A DNA stretch of 64,000 bases from an uncultured Planctomycetota bacterium (GTDB lineage Bacteria; Planctomycetota; Planctomycetia; Pirellulales; Lacipirellulaceae), in NCBI GenBank assembly GCA_963719315.1, contig CAVRBU010000006.1:128001-192000 (forward strand), in the 5' to 3' direction. The notes below the pieces were generated by a model, which saw only the letters and a list, made by a program, of their open reading frames with translations, did no database searches and had not been told where the DNA came from. How positions within the stretch are numbered: the stretch's first letter is position 1; each line of letters opens with the position of its first letter. Positions 1 to 7,963 of the stretch are shown here, piece after piece. The translations under genes were made by a program, and so were the position numbers.

Positions 1-351
1 CTTAAAGAGTTGGAATTTGTCTCCGCCGCCCGCGCGATGGGCGCCGGCAGATTGCGGATCATGTTCCGCCACTTGCTCCGCAACGCCCTCGCGCCCGTCC
101 TTGTGCCCATCACCTTCGGCATCGCCGACGCGATTCTGATCGAAAGCGGCCTCAGCTACCTCGGCTTCGGCGCTTCGCCCCCCAATCCCAGTTGGGGCAC
201 GCTGCTCCACTCCGGCCGCCTCGCGATCCAACAAATGTGGTGGCTGATCCTGTTCCCCGGCCTCGCCATCTTCATCACCGTCCTAGCTTACAACCTCATT
301 GGCGAAGGCTTGCAAGAAGCGACGGATCCGAGGCTCAGACAGCCGTCGTAG
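1..351 (+). CDS. Oligopeptide/dipeptide ABC transporter permease (OppC/DppC type), 5'-truncated by the window
   Basis: EAA loop EFVSAARAMGAGRLRIMFRHLLRN; ESGLSYLGFG..PSWG; C-terminal NLIGEGLQEATDPR. Confidence 0.93.
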   Translation, partial: LKELEFVSAARAMGAGRLRIMFRHLLRNALAPVLVPITFGIADAILIESGLSYLGFGASPPNPSWGTLLHSGRLAIQQMWWLILFPGLAIFITVLAYNLIGEGLQEATDPRLRQPS

Positions 352-530
352 TTGAGGGTTGAGGGTTGAGTGCTTGAAGCCACGGGGAGTCATGAAATGA
401 TACAATTGCTACGATCGATGCGCCTGCGATACCGATCGATACTTCGGATCAGCGATACGTTCCATTTCTGGCTCTCGACTCTCGACTCTCGACTCTTGAC
501 TCTCGACCATTCGCCCTCGACCCTAGACCA
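352..530. repeat. Inverted heptamer-repeat element (GTTGAGG arm / CTCGACT arm) between permease and ATPase genes
   Basis: gttgagggttgagggttgag directly after the stop at 351; ctcgactctcgactctcgactcttgactctcgac...ccctcgaccctagacc directly before ATG 533. Confidence 0.85.
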
Positions 531-532
531 CC

Positions 533-2502
533 ATGCCCCCAGTCTTAGAAATCGCCGACCTCCGCACCTACTTCCACACTGAGGAAGGCGTCGTCCGCGC
601 CGTCGACGATCTCTCCTTCCGCCTGGACCTGGGCCGCACGCTCGGCATCGTCGGCGAGAGCGGCTCCGGCAAGAGCGTCACATCACTCTCGATCATGCGG
701 CTCCTTTCATCGAACGCTCGCATCGAGACGGGCCGCATCTCTTTCCTCGGCCAAGACCTCGTCGGCCTGCCCGAGCGGCAAATGCAATCGATCCGGGGCC
801 GCGACATCAGCATGATCTTCCAAGAGCCGATGACTTCGCTCAACCCGGTCTTCACCGTCGGCGCGCAGATCATGGAAGCGATCATGCTGCACCAAAAAGT
901 CAGCAAGGTCGAAGCTCGTCAGAAGACGATCGATCTCCTCCGCGAGGTCGGCATCAAGAAACCAGAGCAGCGTGTCGACGCGTACCCGCACCAAATGTCC
1001 GGCGGCCAGAAGCAGCGCGTGATGATCGCGATGGCTCTCAGTTGCAATCCTCAACTGCTCATTGCCGATGAGCCGACGACGGCCCTCGACGTCACGATCC
1101 AAGCCCAAATCCTCAAAATCCTCCGCAAGCTCCGCGACAACCGCGGCATGGCAATCATCTTCATCACGCACGATCTCGGCGTTATCGCCGAGATCGCCGA
1201 CGATGTGCTCGTGATGTACCGCGGCGAAGAAGTCGAGTATGCCCCCGTGCTCGAAATCTTCTCCAACCCCAAGCACCCGTACACCAAGGGCCTGCTCGCC
1301 TGCCGCCCGCGCCTCGAAACCAAATATCGCCGCCTGCCGACCGTCGACGACTTCATGGAAACCGTCCCCGTGGTGGCCACGTCGGGTGCCACTGCTGGCT
1401 CACCCAGCAATGCTCCGCCAGCCCTCGTTTCCACAACACCCACTACGAACGGCTTGAACCAGCTTGCACCACCGCCCCTGGTGCCACTGGCTCCGCCAGT
1501 GCCGGTTTCCGCGTCATCGAGAAGCAGATGACGCCGGATCGCCTCCTCCACCTCGAAACTGCCGGCCGCGGCCGCCTCCTTCATCCAAAAACCGAACTCA
1601 GTTGGATCGGCCACCCCTGGGAAGAAGGGCACCATGCCCCCGATACGCAAACGATCGCCGAAAACACGCAGCCCGTTCTCGCCGTGAAGAACTTGAAGGT
1701 CCATTTTCCCGTCCGCCGTGGCATCCTCGCCCGCGTTGTCGATTACATCCGCGCGGTCGACGATATCAGTTTCAACGTCTATCCCGGCCAAACGCTCGGC
1801 CTGGTCGGCGAAAGTGGCTGCGGAAAGACCACCACTGGCCGCGCGATTCTTCGCCTCATCGAACCGACCGCTGGCCACGTCCTCTATCGCGGCATCGACC
1901 TCGCCCAACTCAGCGGCGGCGAGCTCCGAGCCATGCGCGGCAAAATGCAAATCATCTTCCAAGACCCCTACGGCTCGCTCAACCCGCGGATGACGATCGA
2001 GTCCGCCATCACCGAGCCGATGGTCATCCAACGCATCGGCACGAGCCGCGCCGACCGCCGCGACCGCGCCGCCGAGCTGCTTCGCGAAGTCGATCTCACG
2101 CCCAACTTCCTCCGCCGCTATCCGCACGAATTCAGCGGCGGCCAACGCCAACGCATCTGCATCGCCCGCGCGCTGGCCGCCGGCCCTGAGTTCATCATCT
2201 GCGACGAATCGGTCTCCTCGCTCGACGTCAGCGTGCAAGCCCAAGTGCTGAACTTGCTTAAAGAGTTGCAAGACAAGCGCGGCCTCACGTATATCTTCAT
2301 CAGTCACGATCTGAGCGTCGTAAAATTCATGGCCGACATGATGGCCGTGATGAACAACGGCAAGATCGTCGAATTCGGTCCGTCGGAGAGCATCTACAAG
2401 AATCCCAAAGAGGCCTACACCCGCCGGCTGATCGACGCGACGCCGAAAGACGACATTAATCTCATCCGCCAACGCGTGGCGGAACGCGCCTCAACGGGGT
2501 AG
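533..2502 (+). CDS. Fused two-domain peptide ABC transporter ATP-binding protein (OppD-OppF), split by a frameshift near 1500
   Basis: Two Walker A motifs ([16 protein letters not shown]), two signatures ([16 protein letters not shown]); ORFs 533-1531 and 1528-2502 overlap and the second frame reads GFRVIEKQ into MTPDR. Confidence 0.9.
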
Positions 2503-2542
2503 ACTACTCCGTGCTGAGTACTTAGTACGGAGTACCCACCCC

Positions 2543-3061
2543 ATGGCGGCCGCTCGTTCCTTCACCGACCTACTCTTCTGGCAGCGTGCTCGCCAATGGT
2601 CTAAAGACATCTACCGGCTCACGCAACAATCACCATTCTCGAAAGACGAGCGCCTCGTTCGCCAAATCAACGATTCCACAGAATCCACCATGGCCAACAT
2701 GGCCGAAGGCTTCGGCCGAGGCACGCAAGAAGAGTTCATCACCTTTCTCGGCTACTCCCTTGGCAGCCTCGACGAAACGCAATCCCACCTCTGTGCCGCC
2801 TACGACCGCAGTCATATTGATAAAGATGCGTTCGCTCAGCTTTGGAGCGAAGGCATTGAGATCCGAAAAATGACCGTGGCCTTTATCCGCTCGATGATCT
2901 TGCCCCGCGGCGGCGTCCGCACGCTCGGCAAACCTCCAACTTGGTCAAACAAGACCTGGGAAATCTACGAGCGGGTCACCGGTCAGCCGCGCCCTTCGAT
3001 GTTCGCAGAACAACCTCCGGAAAACCCACTCCCACCCCGCAGCGACGAACCGCCCATTTAG
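2543..3061 (+). CDS. Four helix bundle protein (23S rRNA IVP / bAvd-like family)
   Basis: SFTDLLFWQRA...LVRQINDSTESTMANMAEGFGRG..EFITFLGYSLGSLDETQSHL; flanked by inverted GTAC-based heptamer repeats at 2511-2535 and 3063-3094. Confidence 0.92.
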   Translation: MAAARSFTDLLFWQRARQWSKDIYRLTQQSPFSKDERLVRQINDSTESTMANMAEGFGRGTQEEFITFLGYSLGSLDETQSHLCAAYDRSHIDKDAFAQLWSEGIEIRKMTVAFIRSMILPRGGVRTLGKPPTWSNKTWEIYERVTGQPRPSMFAEQPPENPLPPRSDEPPI

Positions 3062-3122
3062 CGTACTCCGTACTCAGTACTATGTACCCAGTACACATCA
3101 CCTCCATCTTTTCCCGCCCCGT

Positions 3123-3165
3123 CTTAACCAGCCCTTAACCAACCGCCCCAATTCCACGCTACAAT
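3123..3165 (+). promoter_or_regulatory. Putative Pho-box-like direct repeat plus -10 element
   Basis: CTTAACCA-gcc-CTTAACCA (3123-3141, 11-bp period) and TACAAT (3160-3165) upstream of a phosphatase gene. Confidence 0.55.
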
Positions 3166-3171
3166 ATCCCC

Positions 3172-4185
3172 ATGACCTCTCCCGACCCCACCCCCGCCGT
3201 TCCGATTACCCGCCGCGAGGCGCTCCGTCGCACCGTCATCTTCAGCGCCACCGCGCTCGCCTCAGGCCGCCCAGGGTTCCTCCGCGCCGCGCCCGCCGAA
3301 ACCGACTTCGCTAGCCGCGGGCTGCACCTGCTCGCGCTTGGTGACTACGGCACCAAGGGCGACGAGCGCCAAACCGCCGTTGCCCGCGCGATGGCCACGT
3401 TTGCCAAGTCGCTCGGCCAGCCTCTCGATGCCGTTCTCGCGCTCGGTGACAACTTCTACAAAAAGCTCACGCCAGATCGGTTCCAGAACCACTTCGAAAA
3501 GCTCTACTCGACCGACGGCCTCAACTGCCCCTTCTACGCCTGCGTCGGCAACCACGACTACGGCACCGCCGGTTACGACAGCCAGGAGGGCAAGCTGCAA
3601 ATGCAGCTCGACTACGCCAAGAACAACCCCCACTCGCGCTGGAAGCTGCCCGCCAAGTGGTACACCGTCGAGCTGCCCAGCGCCGACAAGCCGCTGGTCA
3701 AGATCGTCGTCCTCGACGGCAATTACTGGGCCGGCGCGCTAAAGCCGCAAGAAAAAATCGCCCAACGCCGCTTCCTCGAAGCCGAGTTCAAGAAGCGCTC
3801 GGCCGCCCCCTGGACCTGGGTCGTCAATCATTTTCCCCTCTTCAGCGACTGCGCAAAGCGCGGCGACGATACGGAGCTCATTCGCGAATGGGGAAAATTC
3901 CTGCAACAGTTTCCCGTCTCCCTCTGCTTCGCCGGCCACGACCACACCATGCAGCACCTACGCGTCGAAGGCTATCACCCCAGCTTCATCGTCTCCGGCG
4001 CCGGCGGCGCGAAGCTCTACGACATCCGGCCCAGCAAACGCGGCTTCTCCAACAACCACCACCTCGGCTTCAACCACATCCACGTCACGCCTGAAGAGCT
4101 CCACGTTCAATTCATCAACGCCGAAGGCGACTGCCTCCACCACTTCCAACGCGACCAGGCCGGCCAGATCAAAGTCCTGACTTAA
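3172..4185 (+). CDS. Tat-exported metallophosphoesterase (purple/tartrate-resistant acid phosphatase-like)
   Basis: TRREAL twin-arginine signal; GDYG, GDNFY, GNHD and GHDH metal-binding motifs. Confidence 0.9.
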   Translation: MTSPDPTPAVPITRREALRRTVIFSATALASGRPGFLRAAPAETDFASRGLHLLALGDYGTKGDERQTAVARAMATFAKSLGQPLDAVLALGDNFYKKLTPDRFQNHFEKLYSTDGLNCPFYACVGNHDYGTAGYDSQEGKLQMQLDYAKNNPHSRWKLPAKWYTVELPSADKPLVKIVVLDGNYWAGALKPQEKIAQRRFLEAEFKKRSAAPWTWVVNHFPLFSDCAKRGDDTELIREWGKFLQQFPVSLCFAGHDHTMQHLRVEGYHPSFIVSGAGGAKLYDIRPSKRGFSNNHHLGFNHIHVTPEELHVQFINAEGDCLHHFQRDQAGQIKVLT

Positions 4186-4298
4186 TGCGTTCGGGGCGAC
4201 AGCCCCCGGCAGAGCCGGGGGTGACGGTGCCTTGTTCCCCCGTCTGGCTAATTGCGAACAGCTTCCCAGCCCCTCTCTAATTGTGCAATAATCGGCAC

Positions 4299-4706
4299 AT
4301 GTCCGAACGGCCCGGGATTCGTGCGACTTCGTTTCACCACGTCACGCTCATTTGCGCGGATCTGGAAGCGACGCGACGATTCTACGTCGATTTTCTGGGA
4401 ATGACCGAGGTCCCGCGGCCGGCGTTCAAATTCCCCGGCCTGTGGTTTCAGTTGGGCGAAGTGCAGATTCATGCCACTCAGCAGAGTCCCGAAGCGGGCC
4501 AGGCCGGTTGGGGCGACCGCGGCAACAAAGTAACCTCCCGCGGCCACCATCTCGCCTTCGCGGTAGACGACGTGTCGCAAGCGTTGGCGACCATCGCCGC
4601 CCATGGCGTACGGATTGCTTCTCCCTTGCAACTGCGCCCCGATGGCTACCAGCAAGTCTATCTGTACGACCCGGACGGCCACATTGTCGAGCTAGTTTCC
4701 AAGTAA
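4299..4706 (+). CDS. VOC/glyoxalase family protein
   Basis: FHHVTLICADLEATRRFYVDFLG, HHLAFAVDD, YLYDPDGHIVEL. Confidence 0.9.
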   Translation: MSERPGIRATSFHHVTLICADLEATRRFYVDFLGMTEVPRPAFKFPGLWFQLGEVQIHATQQSPEAGQAGWGDRGNKVTSRGHHLAFAVDDVSQALATIAAHGVRIASPLQLRPDGYQQVYLYDPDGHIVELVSK

Positions 4707-5006
4707 CAGCCCCCTCGACTCCAGCCATCGTCCCTAGCCCTTCGTTCCTCCTGGCTTCGCCGTCGTCGTCAACGAATTGGCCGTGATCTCTTCCATCCGA
4801 GACGCGACACGTGCAATACGCGGCGACTTTACGTCAGTTGACATCCGATTCGGCGCAATCCGTGCGCGCGAACGTGGCGTCGCGTTTGGAAGAGCAAGTT
4901 GTCAAAGAACGGCGAAGATATCGTGGATTGAACGTAGCACATCGCGGCGGCAATCTCCACAAGGATTCTTGGCCACCATTCCTTGGCCGGTCGGCCATCA
5001 AGAAAG

Positions 5007-5038
5007 CTGGCGATGCGGTATATATACCGCATCGCCAG
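5007..5038. repeat. Perfect 32-bp palindrome with no spacer
   Basis: CTGGCGATGCGGTATA|TATACCGCATCGCCAG. Confidence 0.9.
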
Positions 5039-5120
5039 ATAGGAGTTTTGCCGTGTGGAGCTGCGACACTTATCATGGTGTATGCCGCGGCAACCGACGG
5101 CCGTTCGCCGCCACAGGCGG

Positions 5121-5260
5121 TCTAGGGCCCGGTATTCATGCCGGGTTTTCGGGCCCATGTTTTGTTTCGCGGCGACGTTGGTCCACGGCGTCGCTGCGGA
5201 TCAACGTCGCCGTAAAGATGGTTGGGCGCTCTGGTGACCCGGCATCAATGCCGGGCCTAG
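5121..5260. repeat. REP-like nested inverted repeat
   Basis: ctagggcccggtattcatgccggg ... cccggcatcaatgccgggcctag enclosing cggcgacgttg...caacgtcgccg. Confidence 0.7.
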
Positions 5261-5343
5261 TATTGCGGAAGTAGGAGCGTGAACGCTCCTGCAAGCGTCG
5301 ATTTGATGACCGAAATTTCAGTTGCGGCGAATCGCTCTTGCAA

Positions 5344-5362
5344 TACCTCGAACCTCGATGTA
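5344..5362. promoter_or_regulatory. Putative PadR autoregulatory operator
   Basis: Imperfect inverted repeat TACCTCGA-acc-TCGATGTA 12 bp upstream of the padR ATG. Confidence 0.5.
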
Positions 5363-5374
5363 TACCTCCGCTCC

Positions 5375-5728
5375 ATGTCGAAGCAATCGAATCCTGATTT
5401 TCTGAACGGGGTGCCTGAGTTGCTCGTTTTGCAACTGCTGGCGCGGCGTGCCATGTACGGGTACGAGCTTGTGCGGGCCATTGAGCAATCGAGTGAGCAG
5501 GTACTCGAGTTCGGCGAAGGCTGTATTTACCCGGTGCTCCATCGATTGGAAAAGGACGGCAATTTGGAGAGTCGTCGCGAAATTGTCGGCGGACGCAGTC
5601 GGGTCGTGTATCGCTTGACGGCCAATGGCCGAAAGCGGCTGCGGAGTCGTGTAGTTGCTTGGCGGAGCATTGTTGGGGCTGTGGATCAGGTTTTGCAGGG
5701 AGCGAAACATGGAAAACCAGCCGTCTAA
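5375..5728 (+). CDS. PadR family transcriptional regulator
   Basis: ELLVLQLLARRAMYGYEL...EGCIYPVLHRLEKDG...YRLTANGRKRL. Confidence 0.92.
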   Translation: MSKQSNPDFLNGVPELLVLQLLARRAMYGYELVRAIEQSSEQVLEFGEGCIYPVLHRLEKDGNLESRREIVGGRSRVVYRLTANGRKRLRSRVVAWRSIVGAVDQVLQGAKHGKPAV

Positions 5729-6461
5729 TGACGAGCTTCGCGCCGAGCTTGTGCGGCGTGGACTGCCGCGTCCGTACATTGAGCGTTTGCTGTCGGAATT
5801 GGATGATCATTTCACGGATCTAATCGAGGAAAGGAGTTCCACGATGGGCGCGGCACGGAAGCTACAAATCGAATCGGACAAAGCACAACAGCGGCTGGGC
5901 GAGCCCGCGCAGCTGGCGCTATTTGCGGCGGAGCAGTATCACGCGCGGAGTTTCTGGGGACGGCATCCGGTGGTTACGTTCGTGTTCGGGCCATTGCCGA
6001 TGTTGGTCGCGTGTTGGATCGCGACGATGCTGAGCATAACTGGGATAGGGATGGGCCTGGCTTATGTTTGTGAGCATTGGTTTGGCTTGTCGCAAGCAAC
6101 TTGGAAACCCAAAGATCATCTTTGGGCCCAAGCGATCGTGATGGTCGCCGTCAGTTGGTTTGTGATTGTATTTCCTCCACTGGCGGTCGCAGGGCTGTTG
6201 TGCCGCGTCGCGCGACGCAATGCCGTGAATTGGCGTTGGCCAATTGTCGCGTGCACGCTGCTGGCGATCGTGGCCGGTTTACTTTCGGTTTCGTACCGCC
6301 TCGCTCTCGCATGGAATGAAGGCCAATTTACGGTCGGATTCAATTTCGGCTCTACAATGCAATGGCTGCTTATCAGCTATCTACCTAAATTCGCGGTCGC
6401 ACTTGGCATTGGTTTGTTGCTCATCAAACGCGCCCAGCAGCGGCTCGAGGTTGAAGCGTAA
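5709..6461 (+). CDS. PadR-associated membrane protein
   Basis: N-terminal ELDDHFTDL...RLGEPAQLA segment typical of PadR partners, followed by several hydrophobic helices; overlaps the padR stop. Confidence 0.75.
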   Translation: MENQPSNDELRAELVRRGLPRPYIERLLSELDDHFTDLIEERSSTMGAARKLQIESDKAQQRLGEPAQLALFAAEQYHARSFWGRHPVVTFVFGPLPMLVACWIATMLSITGIGMGLAYVCEHWFGLSQATWKPKDHLWAQAIVMVAVSWFVIVFPPLAVAGLLCRVARRNAVNWRWPIVACTLLAIVAGLLSVSYRLALAWNEGQFTVGFNFGSTMQWLLISYLPKFAVALGIGLLLIKRAQQRLEVEA

Positions 6462-6514
6462 ATATGCTCATTTTCGGACCATGGACCGTTGATCGTGGCG
6501 CTACCGTTCGATGC

Positions 6515-6642
6515 GCACAAAAAAGGATGCAGGAGCGGTCGTCGGCTGCGGGGGAGTGGGCCTCATGCCTTCCCTGCTGCCGACTTCCGGCTTCCTGCAT
6601 CGCGTGTGGTTGAGGGGCGAGGATCGAGTTTCGAGGAGCGAG
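6515..6642 (-). terminator. Long hairpin/terminator-like element, copy 2 (copy 1 at 7787-7914)
   Basis: Minus strand GATGCAGGA...TCCTGCATCC-TTTTTT with an inner GTCGGC/GCCGAC stem; near-identical to 7787-7914. Confidence 0.7.
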
Positions 6643-6682
6643 TCTGTTGGAATGCTCGCTCCTCGCCGCTCGTAACTCGCTC

Positions 6683-6799
6683 CTAGCTACATCCCATCGA
6701 TGAACCGCAGTTGTGGCAGAGGTAACAATTGCCGGCGCGGACAGTGATGGCGCCGCACGCGTCGCAGGCCGGGACGTCCGATTGGAAGTCGGCGAATTG
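6683..6799 (-). pseudogene. nrdJ: Detached duplicate of the nrdJ 3' end (38 codons plus stop)
   Basis: Encodes QFADFQSDVPACDACGAITVRAGNCYLCHNCGSSMGCS*, matching 7964-8080; an in-frame TGA lies just upstream and there is no start codon. Confidence 0.9.
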
Positions 6800-6826
6800 T
6801 GCGCACCATCACACTTTGGAACGAAG

Positions 6827-7414
6827 TCAGGCTTTCACTTCGCTGGCGAGCTCTCGCCAGCGGGTGATGCGGGGATCGCGGTGGCCGTAGAGTTCCAGCA
6901 AGGATTTGTCGATCCATTCGCGGTCCAGCGATGCTCCCTGGGACCGCATGATCGATTGGATATCGACAAAGTCTTTCTGCCGAAAAAACATCATTTTGAA
7001 AACGCACAGGGTTTCCGCGTCCCAAATGTACGCGCGCCGGCTTCCAATCGGGACTTGGCGACGGCGAGCTTTTGCCGATTCATAGAACGACGACATCGGC
7101 AGAAATACATCGAGTCGGATGCCGAGCAGCTGAACTTGGCAATAGCCGTGCTCGTTGAGCATGTCCGAAGCGCGGCGGCGGTCGAACTCGCAGCCGATCT
7201 TTTCGAGCAGTTGCGTGCAACCCGCCGAATCATCGAGCGGCAAGTAAAGCGTGACATCGACATCGAGCGTGCCGCGCGCCTCGGCCCAGAAGCCGAGCGC
7301 GATTGCGCCGCCCAGCGAAAAGTCGCAACCAGCGGCCTCGAGCCGAGCCGATAATTCTTCGGCAACTTGATATGAATCGGGATCAGCTGGTATTTTTGGG
7401 TCGTTGTTGGGCAT
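6827..7414 (-). CDS. Nucleotidyltransferase (Pol-beta superfamily, AbiEii/DUF6036-like), putative TA component
   Basis: LGGAIALGFWAEARGTLDVDV (GG..R.T.D.D) and C-terminal FKMMFFRQKDFVDI. Confidence 0.8.
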   Translation of the reverse strand: MPNNDPKIPADPDSYQVAEELSARLEAAGCDFSLGGAIALGFWAEARGTLDVDVTLYLPLDDSAGCTQLLEKIGCEFDRRRASDMLNEHGYCQVQLLGIRLDVFLPMSSFYESAKARRRQVPIGSRRAYIWDAETLCVFKMMFFRQKDFVDIQSIMRSQGASLDREWIDKSLLELYGHRDPRITRWRELASEVKA

Positions 7415-7631
7415 GCCAGGCAAGGAATTCCCAAGTGGACACTGGCCACGGTTCGGGTGTCGGATCTGGTAAGCCGGCGCGGCGACGATCGCGTGCGAGC
7501 GCCGCTGTGGCGCGGCAGGCAAGAGCCAGGCGCCGCGATCGCTCCTCCAGGGAGAGCGTCAATGGAGGCTCGGGTTCCAGGCGTTTGATTGCCTCGATAG
7601 AGCTCATCAAACGTTTTTCTTCTCCAGCCAT
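7383..7631 (-). CDS. Small hypothetical protein overlapping the nucleotidyltransferase start (putative TA partner)
   Basis: 82-aa ORF, GAGAG RBS-like sequence upstream, overlaps the downstream gene. Confidence 0.55.
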   Translation of the reverse strand: MAGEEKRLMSSIEAIKRLEPEPPLTLSLEERSRRLALACRATAALARDRRRAGLPDPTPEPWPVSTWEFLAWHAQQRPKNTS

Positions 7632-7786
7632 GCTCTCGCCACCGATGGTTCCTCGATCCCTTGTATTCGCTGCTGCAATTATCTGTATAAGGAGCGGCAG
7701 ACGCAAACGGTAATTACGCCAGGACGAATTAGTGGGCGATGCGTGAAAGTAGAATCGTCAGGCGTTCGGCGTTGCTGCATTACTGG

Positions 7787-7914
7787 GCACAAAAAAGGAT
7801 GCAGGAGCGGTCGTCGGCTGCGGGGGAGTGGGCCTCATGCCTTCCCTGCGTTCGACTTCCGGCTTCCTGCATCCCGTGTGGTTGAGGGACGAGGATCGAG
7901 TTTCGAGGAGCGAG
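7787..7914 (-). terminator. Long hairpin/terminator-like element downstream of nrdJ, copy 1
   Basis: Minus strand GGATGCAGGA...TCCTGCATCC followed by T6. Confidence 0.7.
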
Positions 7915-7925
7915 AGTTCAAGGCA

Positions 7926-7960
7926 CCCTCACCCCGGCCCTCTCCCGGAGGGAGAGGGAG
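7926..7960. repeat. CCCTCACCCCGGCCCTCTCCC..GGGAGAGGG-type palindromic repeat
   Basis: ccctcaccccggccctctcccggagggagagggag immediately after the nrdJ stop. Confidence 0.75.
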
Positions 7961-7963
7961 TAA

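Noticed and set aside
4777..5274. Overlapping ORFs of 60-165 aa in the glyoxalase-padR gap
   Set aside because: No recognisable motifs, and they run through palindromes and repeats; treated as non-coding.
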